From positions 100,006,001-100,070,000 of the forward strand of contig NC_042997.1 of assembly GCF_006345805.1 (NCBI RefSeq): a DNA stretch of 64,000 nt, written 5' to 3'. The notes beneath the pieces are model-generated. The model had not been told where the DNA came from and made no database searches. It saw nothing but the letters and a program-made list of their open reading frames with translations. Shown one piece after another: positions 25,827 to 39,133 of this stretch; the first letter of the stretch is position 1; every line of letters begins with the position of its first letter. A program made the position numbers and the translations under genes. Source of the DNA: Octopus sinensis. Its lineage: Eukaryota.

Positions 25827-26660
25827 AGGGTGCGGTGAATATATTATCATCTAAATTATACAAAAATGAATATAACACTGATATCTCATTTTAACTGATA
25901 TATTTACTAAAATTACATTGAAATGCCTTGAAATACCAAAGAGAAAAAACCACAGCCTCCAGACGACTTTGGAATCTCCTGCAACTCTTCTGGACAGTCT
26001 TCTTGTTTAAGTTGGTAAACACTGCCATAATCTTTGCTTTCAGTTCATCTTTGGTGTTACTAGGAGTTTTGTTGGTCTCTTGCTCAACTGTTCCCCACAC
26101 ATAATAATAATCAAGGGGGTTGCAGTCTGGGGGGTTAAATGGCCAGATTTTAGGGGTGATGTGGTCACAGAAATTGTCTGATAGCCATGACTGGTTTCTC
26201 CTGCTTGTGTGGCATGGTGTAGAGTCCTGTTGCTAGACATAGGGTCTTCAAGCAGCTACTCTCTTAGCCCAGGGCAACATTACCTCCTCCAGGCACTCGA
26301 TGTAAGCCTCCATGTTGAGTCTGAGTTTGTGTGGGAAGATGAAGGCATAATGTCACCATCACTATTGATCACTCCAAATACAATGATGTTGCCTGTATGT
26401 TTGATTTTTATCACTCTCGGTACATGTTTTGGGGACATGGCAAGCCAATGGTTGTTCTGTGTGTTCACCATTTGTTCGTATTGGCACTTCCAGCATAAAT
26501 ACCAAACAGTACAGCATGTCGTTTCCAAATTTTTGGCATGGTGCTGTTTTTCTCACAGACGGTGCCCAACTGACCCTACTATACTGTGTAGTTGACAAAA
26601 TCTAAAGCAATGCGCATGTGTAAAAGTAAAATTATAAAATGGTAGCAATTTACCCATATA
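25827..26660 (-). mobile_element. Internally deleted DD37D (maT-type) Tc1/mariner element
   Basis: Minus-strand translation QQD-STPCHTSRRNQSWLSDNFCDHITPKIWPFNPPDCNPL-D has 37 residues between the two Asp. Also VFGVINSDG. Stop codon just upstream of QQD. Confidence 0.8.
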
Positions 26661-26862
26661 TATATTTTATACCATTGGGTTTTACCATTGGGTACCCTCT
26701 TTTCTCTCTTTTCTCTTTTACTTGTTTCAGTCATTTGACTGCGGCCAAGCTGGAGCACCGCCTTTTAGTCGAGCAAATCGACCCCGGGACTTATTCTTTT
26801 GTAAGCCCAGTACTTATTCTATCGGTCTGTGTGTATGTATATATATATATATATATATAGAT

Positions 26863-27188
26863 GTGAAGTCACATGGCTTAGTGGTTAGGGCATTCGGCTC
26901 ACAATCGTAAGGTTGTGAGTTCAATTCTTGGCAACGCATTGTATCCTTGAACAAGACACTTTATTTCACTTTACTCCAGTCCACTCAGCAGGCAAAAATG
27001 AGTAGTACCTGTTTTTCAAAGGGCCAGCCTTGTCACACTCTGTGTCACACTGAATCTCCCCGAGAACTATGTTAAGGGTACACATGTCTGTGAAGTGCTC
27101 AGCCACTTGTACGTTAATTTCACGAGCAAGTTGTTCCATTGATTGTATCAGCTGGGACCCTCATCGTTGTAATCAATGGAGTACTCCC
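26863..27188 (+). mobile_element. Full-length tRNA-derived SINE with conserved central domain
   Basis: A box TGGCTTAGTGG, B box GAGTTCAATTC, TTGTATCCTTGAACAAGACACTT domain and a long tail ending in a microsatellite. Confidence 0.82.
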
Positions 27189-27189
27189 T

Positions 27190-27319
<130 letters not shown>

Positions 27320-28095
27320 TACATATATGCATGTGTACATATGTGTGTCTGTATTTATATGTTTATGTGTATATAAATGTATTTATATGTTTATGTGTAT
27401 ATAAATGTATATATGTTGATGTATCCTGAGCGTGTGTGGGTGTTAGTTTACCTATATATGGAGGCAAGGCTGTCTATACATTTGTGACATGAATATGCGC
27501 TCTTGTAAATATGTGTTTGTATGTGTACCAACTAGCGTCCATGGAGATGAACTGTAATGAACAGCCTGGCTGATACACAAATGCCCAATTACTGTGATAT
27601 CATGTTGAGATCTTAGAAACCTCATAGCTATTGCTACATGGCTCTTTTTTTTTTTTTTTGTCATAGACACAATAATAATTCAACAGCTTTATTATCTATT
27701 AAGATGAGAAATATTAATTTTTCCCCTACTATATAAATAAGTAAATTCTTTAACCAATTTAGCAGCATTTCTTCCAGCTTATGTTCTAAGATCAAATTCT
27801 CCCAAGGTTGACTTTGCCTTTTATCCTTTCAGGGTTGATAAAATATATACCATTCAAGCATTGGGGTCAATTAATTGACTTGCTTCTCCCCTTAAATTTC
27901 AGGCCTATAAGAGAAAGGATTATTGATACCATAACATTGTCTACAATCTTGTAATAAATCCTACAGTTCTTGGAAGTGGTAAAGAAAAAGAACCCTATAA
28001 GCCCAAAGATTATTTCATGTATGAGTAATCAATAGTTGTAAATGTTGTGAACTTTTGTTGAGTTGACAACATAAAGAGGGCTGAATAGTACTGTG

Positions 28096-28195
28096 NNNNN
28101 NNNNNNNNNNNNNNNNNNNNNNNNNNNNNNNNNNNNNNNNNNNNNNNNNNNNNNNNNNNNNNNNNNNNNNNNNNNNNNNNNNNNNNNNNNNNNNN
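28096..28195. other. Assembly gap, 100 N (probably unknown size)
   Basis: Run of exactly 100 N, followed by a TA microsatellite. Confidence 0.99.
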
Positions 28196-28207
28196 ACAAG
28201 TAAAAGA

Positions 28208-28263
<56 letters not shown>

Positions 28264-28268
28264 GTATG

Positions 28269-28302
<34 letters not shown>

Positions 28303-28310
28303 TATATATA

Positions 28311-28350
<40 letters not shown>

Positions 28351-29419
28351 CTGTGGAGGGAACCTTTGGAAGAGTTAGACCCAGGAAGACATGGGACAGG
28401 GTGGTGAGGCATGATCTTTGGATGTTGAGATTGATGGAGCCAATGACAAGTGATTGAGACATTTGGTGATTTGCTGTGCTTGAGAAGTCTTGTCAAGCCA
28501 AGTGAAGTCATAATTGAGGACAGTGCTGGTGACCCATAAAAGGCATCCACTACACTGTTAGAGTGGTTGGCATTAGGAAGAGAATCCAGCCATAGACACC
28601 AAACCAAAATCAGGCTGGAGCCTGTTACAGCTCCACAGAGTGCAGGCACATGGCTTAGTAGTAAGGGTGTCGGACTCATGATCGTAAGATTGTGGTTTTG
28701 ATTCCTGGACCATAGAAAATGGACACTAAATGATGATGACAATGATGATGATGATATATGTGTGTGTGAGTGTGTCTTTGTGGCTGTGTCTGTCCCCCCA
28801 TCACTGCCTGACAACCAGTATTGGTGTGTTTACATCTTCATAACTTAGCTGCTCAGCAAAAATGACCACTAAAATAAGTAGTGGGCTTAACAAAAAAAAA
28901 ACTAAATACTAGTGTCGATTTATTCAACTAAAAATTCTGCAAGGTGGTGCCCCAGCATGGCCACAGTCTAATGACTGAAATAAGTAAAAGATAAAAGACA
29001 CACACACACACAGCTAATGAAGTTATGTAATTGATGTTCCTTTGTCATTCATTAATTGATATTACACTCTAGTTGCCTAATACTTTTATTCAAATGCACA
29101 TTGAGTTCTAATAACTCATGATTATTATCAATATACCTAAGCAAAATCATGCATGTGTATGTGCACACGTGTGTGTGTGTGCATGCATATATGTGTGTAT
29201 TCATGCATGTGTGTGTGCACAAAATCAGACAGAGAGAGGAGGTGCAGGAGGAGTGTAAGCATGTCAGACTGATACAAAAGATGTAACAATAGGAATATGT
29301 CAATGAGAACAAACTAAATATTATGACACTTTCAATCAATTAATTTGACTTTTGAAAATCAGAAGCAAAAACTTTTCAATTAAGCTCTGTTTAATTTTAG
29401 GTGTGCCAGGACAACCAGT

Positions 29420-29647
29420 TTAACCTTTTCGTTACCAACCTGGCTGAAACTGGCTCTGGCTCTGAGTACAAATGTCTTGTTTTCATAAGTTTTGAAATAA
29501 AATCTTCCACCAAACCTTAGTCACAATTTATGTTCCTAACACTAACTGAATGATAGCTAAGTTATTTTACTAAATTCTTTGTTATATTTAAAGTAATTGA
29601 AAGAAACACAGAGCATCTCAACAGAAATACAGTAAGGAAAGGGTTAA
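29420..29647. mobile_element. piggyBac-type MITE (opposite orientation to 13729)
   Basis: TTAA-CCTTTTCGTTACC ... AGTAAGGAAAGGG-TTAA. Interior is the reverse complement of the 13729 copy. Confidence 0.85.
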
Positions 29648-29692
29648 TGTCAAACTGTGGAATGTTTCCCTTAGTTAACACATGAATGATTC

Positions 29693-30025
29693 AAGGCACA
29701 TGGCTCAGTGCTTAGAACATGGGGCTCACAATCATGAGGTAGTGAGTTCAATTCCCAGACCAGATTGTATGTTTTGTTCTTGAGCAAGACACTTTATTTT
29801 CACATTGCTTCAGTTCACTCAGCTGTAGAAATGAGTTGCAATGTCACTGGTGCCAAGCTGTATTGGCCTTTGCCTTGGATAACATTGGTGGTATGGCAAG
29901 GAGAGGCTGGTATGCATGGGTAACTGCTGGTCTTCCATAAACAAACTTGCCTGGATTTGTGCCTCAGAGGAGAACTTTGTTGGTGCAATCCCATGGTCAT
30001 TTATGACCAAAGGGGGGGTCTTTAC
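29693..30025 (+). mobile_element. tRNA-derived SINE; second copy at ~31669-32000
   Basis: GGCTCAGTG A-box, GAGTTCAATTCC B-box, CTTGAGCAAGACACTTT domain and a shared tail ending CATGGTCATT.ATGACC.AAGGG. Confidence 0.82.
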
Positions 30026-30139
30026 TGTTCATCCTTTTACACATAATTCAAATTACTTGGCTATGTGGATTATGATGAATAAATAAATAAATTAGAACGT
30101 GAGAAAAATTTTTTTTCATTGTCTGATTTTATATTTTAG

Positions 30140-30223
30140 GTCAAGAAGTATTTCATCTTATTTGGTTGCTAACAAGTCTGCCCTGCTTCTTATTCTTCTT
30201 CACACCGCTAAAGGCATGGCGAA
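30140..30223 (+). other. Candidate 84-nt exon
   Basis: TTTTATATTTTAG acceptor and GAA|GTAATC donor. Open in phase 1 (GQEVFHLIWLLTSLPCFLFFFTPLKAWR) and in phase 2 (SRSISSYLVANKSALLLILLHTAKGMA). Confidence 0.3.
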
Positions 30224-30348
30224 GTAATCAGTTCTCATCCAGTTTAGCCATTTTGTTACCATATTTATTCTTCAGTTTAGCCATTTTGTTACCATATTTA
30301 TTCTTCATTTGCGGCCATGCTGGAGCACCACCTCAAAAAAGTGTGAGA

Positions 30349-30467
30349 TGCTTACAGCACCTAGGTTTCCCAAGTGATTACACATCGAAGTACTAACTGG
30401 GCTCAATGTTGTTTAACTTCGGTGATCAGACAAGAACCAGTGCATTCAATGTGATATGGCCATAAGC
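30349..30467 (-). pseudogene. 5S rRNA-derived pseudogene, full length (~119 nt)
   Basis: Minus strand GCTTATGGCCATATCACATTGAATGCACTGGTTCTTGTCTGATCACCGAAGTTAAACAAC…TTAGTACTT…GGTGCTGTAAGC follows the metazoan 5S pattern. Most differences look like CpG decay. T6 run 9 nt downstream. Confidence 0.9.
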
Positions 30468-30627
30468 ATTTCTTCATATTTCTGTGGAAATATACTGCTC
30501 TTGTTTCAATTAACTTTGGAAATAATGAAGAAATTAGTAAAATAACTTTGTCATTACAATGCTGGTTTAAGGAATACAAATCAGAATGAAATTTTGATGA
30601 AAGATTTTTTTTTTTCATTTGGACTAC

Positions 30628-30843
30628 TTTCAGATTACTCTGTCAAATGTAATACTTCTTTATTCACATTGTTTTGAATTAATCAGGCATTATCTTGTAG
30701 CTTTGAGGAGTCCAATCATGTAATTGTTAATTTTTAAAATGACATTTTAGCATAGGTGTGAGGGACCAGATCTGGTCAGTTTGAATATAAAGCAGGTTGA
30801 CTACTTGGACCAGATATGGCTGGTTTAAACACTAAAGGGTTAA
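30628..30843. mobile_element. Second piggyBac-type MITE family, left-truncated; right-truncated copy at 45352-45576
   Basis: Shared CAGATTACTCTGTCAAAT interior. Ends TTAACCCTTTAGCA (45352) and CTAAAGGGTTAA (30843). Confidence 0.7.
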
Positions 30844-33006
30844 AACAATTAGTTTGCATCATAAAAATAGAAATGGTTTGAAGGATACTGGTATGAAAAC
30901 TGTACATTTCTGTTAATATCCTCAAGAAAGGCTTAAAACACAACAATAACCAGTTTCCTCTATCAGCTATAAATTTAAGAAATTGTTATAAACTGCTATT
31001 GTTTCTTATAAAATGATGCCATTTCTTTGCTAGGATACGGTTTATTTCACATAACACTCTAATGAATTTGTTAAATATAGGCTTGATTATGTGAATATAA
31101 AATTTGCTTTTGTATCACATGGCTCTCTAACACCAAGTTCCTGAACATTGGGTCTTCTACAGTGTATATATATATATATCATCAATTAACATCTGTTGTC
31201 CAAGCTGGCATGAGTTGGACAGTTTGACCAGGGCTGGTAAGCTGGAAGGCTGCACCAGACTCCACTCTGATTTGGCATGGCTTTCTATGGCTGGATGCCC
31301 TTCCTAACACCAACCACCCTGTGAGTGTAGTGGGTGCTTTTATGTGCCAGCTTGATGGGTATATATATATACATTTAGAATTTTGTGTTGTGAGATCCTT
31401 GATGTAAAACCATGTGTTGAAACAAATATTGTTGTATTTCAGGATGTTCTTCTTTTTATTTTTGCCACATAAACACATGCACTATATATTTGTTCTTCAC
31501 TCATTTATTACTGTTCTTATTTTAACATAAGAACAGTAATAAACAAGTGAAGAACAAATATATAGTGTGTGTGTTTATTTGGAAAAAAATAAATAAATAC
31601 TCATCCCAAAATACAACAATATATATATATGTATATAATTATCATTTTAATATCAACTTTTATGTAAAGGTGCATGGCTCAGTGGTGCATGGGGCTCACA
31701 ATCATGAGGTAGTGAGTTTGATTCCTGAATCAGGTTGTGTGTTGTGTTCTTGAGCAAGACACTTTATTTCACATTGCTCTAGTTTACTCAGGTCTAGAAA
31801 TAAACTGTAACATCACTGGTGCCAAGCTGTATCAGCTTTTGCCTTTCCTTTGGATAACATCAGTGGTGTGGAGAGGGGAGACTGGTATGCATGGGCGACT
31901 TCTGGCCGTCCATAAACAATCTTCCACAGACTTGTGCCTTGGAGGGGAACTTTCTAAGTGCAATCTCATGGTCATTCATGACCTAAGGGGAGGGCTTTAC
32001 TCTTTTTATCAGCTTTTCCATTCTTACATGAGTCAGGCAGAATTTGTTGAGACTAATTTTCTATGGCTGGATGCTCTTTCCATCACCAACTCTCACCTGT
32101 TTCCAAGTAAGGCAATATTTCCTCATGACCAGACATGTTTTTACAATGGACACTGTTTGTATGACAGTGACAATCATTTACAACTATCATGTGATGTCAT
32201 GGCGAGGAGATAGTAATGCATGTGCACACACACACACAACAGACTTCTTTCAGTTTCCTTTTATCAAATCCACTCACAAAGCTTTGGCTGTCCTGGAGCT
32301 ATAGTAGAAGAGGTGCCATGCAATGGGACTAATCCTGAAACCGTGTGATTGGAAAACAAACTTCTTACCATATAGTCACACATCTATGTATTATCAAATA
32401 TTTCCAAAATTATCAGTGTTCAATCAGCTACAACACTAATCATTCAACCAATAATTGATTTTTCCCTTTCTATCACCACTGCCACCACCACTACAACTGC
32501 TACCACCACTATCATCATCATCACCATGATCATGATCATCATTATTGTTGTTATCATTGTTATATAATTTTTTTTTCAAATAAAAGTGAAGAATGTTAGC
32601 TTGGGCTTGTTAATACATTTACCAGGACACAGAAAATTTCAGTTGTATGTTGATGAACTTAGTCAAAGTATGACCAGCCAGAGAGATTTATGACACTAAG
32701 CTCTTATCTAACTGATAAATCCACATTAGTTAACTAATCAAACAACAGTACCTGGCACTAAGGCAGTAAACTCTTATCCATCAATCTAAACCACTTTGGC
32801 TTAATTTAATTCAAGTGATTTATTACCCTACACTGTAAACCTGTTGAAGAAATTTATGGCGGTGATCTATGCTATGAATTTTAATCAGACTTCCGGGAAT
32901 GTAACAGAAAATTTTATGGTGGTTTAATGAAATGAAACAAAAAAAGTATTTAAATTAAGTGTAAGTCAGTTCAAGGGACCCAGTTTCTGAGAGCCATCAA
33001 CTAAAC

Positions 33007-33263
33007 CAATGTTTCTGAAGCATTGTTTACCTATGGATCCCTTCAATTCTGGTTTTATGCAGATGGACCCTTAGAGACATTCCATGTTTAAAAAATCCTA
33101 TTATATTTTTATAATTGTCATTAGGGGTTGTATAAAAAAACTGTTAAAATATTTTGTGTATTGTATAAGTATAACCAATTTATTACTGATAGATTTTAAC
33201 TACAAAAATCTTATATGCCCCCCCCCCCCCAATGGCCATGTGGGATCAAGTTGAGAACCGCTA
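33007..33263. mobile_element. hAT (Charlie-like) MITE
   Basis: Perfect 8-bp TSD AACTAAAC (32999-33006 and 33264-33271). Termini CAATGTTTCTGAA / TTGAGAACCGCTA. Confidence 0.85.
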
Positions 33264-33430
33264 AACTAAACCATGTCTTATAAATATTTTAAAATTTCCA
33301 TTTACTTCTAACCTGTTTGGTTTGGTGTTATTTTAAAAACAACAAAATAATCAGTATTTTAGAGTTGCCTTATTATGTAAGGGATTACTATATCTATTTT
33401 TAATATCCTTCTTTTAAAAATAATTTGGTA

Positions 33431-33471
<41 letters not shown>

Positions 33472-33849
33472 TATGTTCTCTTCTATTTTTAATTATTTGA
33501 AATCTTGTAAGGAAGGAGCTGGTTCCTATCAAAGATACAAAGCTCCATCATTGAAATGCAGATAACAAAAACAAATTCATGCTTTCTCAAGAAAGTCTTG
33601 CATATTTTTACTGTTCCCTTTACAGATTGTAGTTATAATGTGAGAGTTAGCTGGCTGATTTCTTTTTCTGAATGTTTATTCAGATTGCCCATCAAGCATT
33701 TTACTCACAAAAGCAAGGGTACCAATTATTATTGGCATCTATGTGCATGGATATGTATGTATGTATGAAATAGTGGTGTATTTGCATACAAATATCTATG
33801 CAAAACCATGAAATGCATACAAACACAACTAAACATTAGAATTCAAAAT

Positions 33850-33909
<60 letters not shown>

Positions 33910-33966
33910 ACACGCACACATGCACACACACACAAACACACACACATACACACACACACACACACA
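33850..33966. repeat. (CA)n microsatellite
   Basis: Direct inspection. Confidence 0.97.
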
Positions 33967-36549
33967 GAGTCATATAAATTAGTCAACAAGTATAGCAAAT
34001 TCTGGATAAATTTCAAGTGCCATATATGTTTGCACATACATACTCACAAAATAGACATGCACTAAGTAACACTCAAATTAAAATCCAATCTATTTACAAA
34101 AAATATTTTAAAAAGTGTACTGTTTGAGAATAGTATGAAGCTGCCATGGCTGGAATGCCTTTGATCAGAGGCCTGGTGTTCAGGGCTGACTTAAGGATAA
34201 ATACCACCAGTACCTTATGCATAATTGGTTAAGTCAAAATATCTGATGTGAAATTATAATTTCCCAGATTAACACCCATTTTATATAAAGATTTACAATA
34301 TGGCTATACGATCTTCGTTGATTCAGTTAAAATGTAGGGATATCCCTATTCACCATGCTACACATTATGCATGCCTAGTAATGAGACACCTGATGAAGAT
34401 CAATGGTTAAATTGACTGATATAAATATTGTAAATATTCACTCTAACAATTGGATTGATAGCCCCCAAAGTTTTAAAACTGAATTTTTATATGCAATTCT
34501 CTCTTCCCAAATTTTTGATTGTATGTTAAAACTCTTCATCAACATAAGCTGACTTGCTCCTGATGCTTGCTTTTGGTTTTGTTGTTGGATATGTACACGT
34601 CTTATTTACCACTATTAAATCAACCTCTCCTGAGCCATAAGTCAATAGTTGGATCTCACTTGACTTTGAATACTCAACAGCAACTACAACACTGAAGCTT
34701 GTAAAGAACCATTCTCATACAGTGATGTTTACATGCACTCCCACTCTCTCTCTCCCTCTCTCTCCACACACATCTTAAACCCTATCTCTATTCTGTCTCA
34801 TTTCCTTATCAGAGTAAAATTAACTTAATATCATATCTATTTGTTTGCAGAGCTTCCAGTTTTTCAATCTATTGATTTCCCCCTTTAATATTACTGTTGT
34901 CATTACTGGATATAATTAACGTATTAATGTTTACCTGATGTATATTTAAGCAAACAATGTTGATTGTGCGACTCATCTACCACACCTACTTTTAATGAGT
35001 TTGATTAATAGTCTGAATTAGCTTTAGTTTACATAATATATATATCATATCATACAGTAGATGAGTGGTTAGAACAGTGATTTTCATTTGCCCTCACTCA
35101 CTTTCCTTCTTTATTTTATAACCTTAAAAATGAGTATGGTGACAGAAATTGTATCCTCAAATTTTAACACTAAGAAAATGTCTAAAGAAAATTGTTTGAT
35201 CATCTTTGAGAGCTTGCAGTAACAGTTTCAGAATATTGTGGCATCCCAAGTTAAAAATGATTGGGTTAAGAGGACTAGACTCAAATGGACTGCTTATTTG
35301 TTGATAAATTGTTCTCATAATGTACAGACATTATGCTGTGCCATAACCACCCCATACCACTGGTAATTCCGTGATACTTAAACTAGTGGCATGAGTTGGT
35401 GTTTTATACTTTGAATAAGCCATACTTCGTTTCATTGAAATATATTCAACAAAGAATGAAGTAAATGAAGGTAAAACACTATTGATATGAAAGAAATATT
35501 TTGATACATAAAAATACATGTTAGTTTTTATGTTTTTATTTCTACATATATTCTATGCAACAAACCACAGCTAGCTAATTTTGACAATCAATATTTTAAG
35601 TGAATTTAACATTTTGGTAACTGTGATGCCTGCGAGATTCTCTTGGTATAGTAAGTTGACTTTGTCGAACAAAAATCTTTACTTTTGATGGATCCGCAAC
35701 CCTACTGAGAGTAACATATAACTGGCCACTTGCAAAGAAAGTAACTTATTGAAATTTCAAAAAGAAAAAAAACGAATATTTATTTATAAGTTTTCTTAAA
35801 TGGAGATCCATCATTTTCTTTCAAAATACATGCACACACATACATGCATACAGTGGAAGAATGCAAGAGAGGGGAATATTATGTGAGTAATCAAAGTAAA
35901 AACAGAGATTTAAAATACTGTCACTGTATCATTTGCTTGACTTTGTGAAATTACATGTTCTTCATTCATGACAAACTGATCGATATTGGATTTTAAAATA
36001 GCTGTAAGAAAATAATCTTTCAACTCTTTTCTGAAATGATTGAGTGGAGGAAACTGATGTGGACAGAGTCTGAGTTATCTGGGTTATTTGTATATTGGGT
36101 GAGAGATTGAGGTAAAATGGTGGTTGATAGATAGATGGGTAGATTGATAGAGAGACAGACAGACAGACACATGGCATTTCTTATTGTAAAGAAAATAACT
36201 TATTAAAATTTAAATGAGAAAAATGTATTTATTCATAAGTTTTCTTAACAGAAATTCAAAGAATGGTTGAAGGCTCATCATTTTGTTGCCATTTTGTAAT
36301 AAACTTATATCTTTTAAAAGAAGTTTATTATTTTCAAAAGCAGTAGTTCAATGTCTTTAACTCTTTTGATACCAATCTCCAAGATTCAACTTGCTGTACA
36401 TATTTATTATTCCATGAAATATACATCAAAATAACCTTAGTATTTTCCAGTTTACATGCACTCAACAAGAGAGTACATAAATATTTTCAGTACTTACACA
36501 TGATAGCATTTCTGAGCATTGAAACCCCTTTAAAAATTAGTGAATATTA

Positions 36550-37803
36550 TCAGGTCATTAAGAATGAAATGTCTGATTTTCTTATGCACCAAGTTTGACA
36601 GTCATTAACTCTAATATTTTATCCTGACAATTCTTTGTTTTACAACATTGAAGAGTTACATCATCACTTTGTGAAATGCAATTCATGGTGTCTGATTATA
36701 TTGTGAGTTTTCTCTTGTAAATCAATTTTTGTGAACCCATGGATTTATGTTGCTTATGAAAATGAGTTCTGTCATGGAACCAATGCCTCCCAGACAGCTT
36801 GAAACATCAATGAGGTGCTTGGTGATGATGTGGTGAATGAACACACTGTACGTTAATGATTTGAGAAGTTCTGATCTGGTGACTTTACTCTTGAAAATCA
36901 GCCTTGTGGTAGACCTGAGACTAAGATGGATAATGATGAGCTGGAAACTGTAGTGGAAACGAATACATCTCAAACTATGCATGCGTTAGCAGCAAGGTTT
37001 GATGTTTCAATTTGAACTGTATTGGACCATCGGAAACAAATCAGCAAGGTAAAGATGCTGGACAAGTGGGTACCACTTGAACTGAAAGATCATCAAATGA
37101 CACATCGTCTTAAAATTTACTATTCTTTGCTGTCATAGCATAAAAGCAAACCACTTTTGCATCATATTGTAATATGTGATGAAAAATGGATTCTTTTCAA
37201 CAATAGTAAGCATTCTGCATGGTGGTTGTATAGAGACGAATAAGAATATTCACCTAAAAACAGCTAATGGTATCTGTTTGATGGTCCAGCACTGGTGCTA
37301 ACTACTACAGCTTCATGAGACCTGGTAAGTCAATTACAGCAGATGTGTACATCAACCAATTGGATGTAATGATGAGTGAACTTGCAATTAAACAACCAAG
37401 ATTGGTCAATAGAGACAGGCCTATTCCCTTGCAAGACAATGCTCAACCACATGTTGCCTAAAGAAAGCTATGCAAGTTACAGGAATTGAACTTGGAAGTA
37501 CTCTGCCATCCATCATATACACCAGACTTTACACCAACTGACTATCATCTTTTCCAGATATTAGACAACTTTTTGCAAGAAAAAAATTTCAAATCTGGGA
37601 AGATGCAATATCAGCCTTTTGTGATTTCATCACCTCTTGCTCTCTAGAATTCTTCACTGTCGGCATAAACTAGCTACCGATAAAATGGCAAAATTGTATT
37701 GATAATTTAGGTGCATACTTTGATTAACTGCATTGCTTTTTGTTGAGATAAAGTAAATTAAACTTTCAGTTCAAAATTGGACATTTCATTCTTAGTGATC
37801 TGG
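36550..37803 (+). mobile_element. Near full-length degenerate mariner (Mos1-like), ~1.25 kb
   Basis: TIRs TCAGGTCATTAAGAATGAAATGTC / GACATTTCATTCTTAGTGATCTGG. Decayed WVP, CDEKW, QDNA, YTPDFTPTDYH and GAYFD* motifs. Confidence 0.88.
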
Positions 37804-39029
37804 ATCTGATACAACATGGTTTGAGAAAAAAAAAAGACTAAATAATGACATTGTTTATTTTTATATTTTAAAATCAATGTTACCTTTGTTAACATAGCAC
37901 TAAATTTATCCATCTTACTGATACAGATCTAAAGGCTGAATTGAGTAAAGTTAATCCTTCCATGACCATATTTCTAAAGAAATACACAGTTTTTGGTTTC
38001 AGATGATCATGAAAATAATCAAAAATTTAGGAGTGAAGTGAAATAATGACATTTCATTAACTGGAATATTAAATCAATAAATGGAATGTAAATTAACTAA
38101 AAATTCTCATGATAATTTATGGCTGAAGGTTTTAATCACTTTAATGATTTTTCTCAAATCTGTCTGTCTGTAACATATTTAGTTTGCAACTCACCCCTCC
38201 TCTCTTACTCTCTCCTGCATATATGTATGAATGTATGTACACACACAATTACACATCATAGTATTTTTGAGCATGGAAACTCCTTTAAAAATTAGTGATT
38301 ATTGCAACATTGTTTATTTTTATTTTTTTAAATCACTGTTAACCTTTTAATGGATTGAAGAGTTCAGCAATAAAATTTACTTATACATGTTGGTGTAGGT
38401 ATGGATTTTGGTTCAATCCCACTACATGGCACTGTGTTCATGTGTCTTTTACCACAGCTGTAGTTTGAGCAATAACTTCAAATATCCGTCTATCCATCCA
38501 CCTTATCAAACCTCCATGTGTGTATGTGTCAATGTATGCTTCTGTTCTTATTTTAGCTAAATATATTTAACCTCTCCACAAAAACGTGTGTGTGGTAAAA
38601 TAGACAATTCTTTTTTAAAGATGTCTGAAGTTTGAAATGGACAGCTCAAGACTTGCAATCGATCATCTGGTGATCCTTTTGTTTTCAACCAATCTCATGA
38701 ATTATTAATTTTCAAAATCAGTCCTCCAGTTAGTCACTATCACTTTTTCTATACAATATATTTTATAAATGATAGAACAACTGCAATATATTGTGTGGAA
38801 TTCTAAAGGAAGTTTAAAAATTCATGATAGTAAATACACAGTGAAACAAAGGAATGGAAAGTATGCAATGAAGAACATGAGAACATGTATAGGAAAAAGT
38901 ATATGTAGAGAAAAAGGTACTTGATAAATATCATCTCCACTATCATCATCATCATGTTCATCAATTTCACTATCATTACCATAATTTTAATATTTTCTAA
39001 AATTTTGGCATTGGCATTTTTATTCTATG

Positions 39030-39133
39030 TCATCTTGTGAGCCATAATGTTCTCGGGCACAGCCCTATGCTTCTGCAATACTTCCTCTTAATCCTTCCTT
39101 TGTCTGTCTTTATCACTTTGCAAAAATATATTC
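39030..39133 (-). other. Candidate terminal exon
   Basis: Acceptor CCTCTTTCTTTTCCAG. Phase 1 reads GIYFCKVIKTDKGRIKRKYCRSIGLCPRTLWLTR*. AATAAA just after the stop. Confidence 0.3.

Noticed and set aside
30349-30467. Functional 5S rRNA gene
   Set aside because: Single dispersed copy with many substitutions consistent with CpG decay. Called a pseudogene instead.
34524-34710. 62-codon stop-free minus frame (…YGSGEVDLIVVNKTCTYPTTKPK…AYVDEEF*)
   Set aside because: No ATG, no recognisable domain and no convincing splice partner. Frames of this length are expected by chance in 64 kb.
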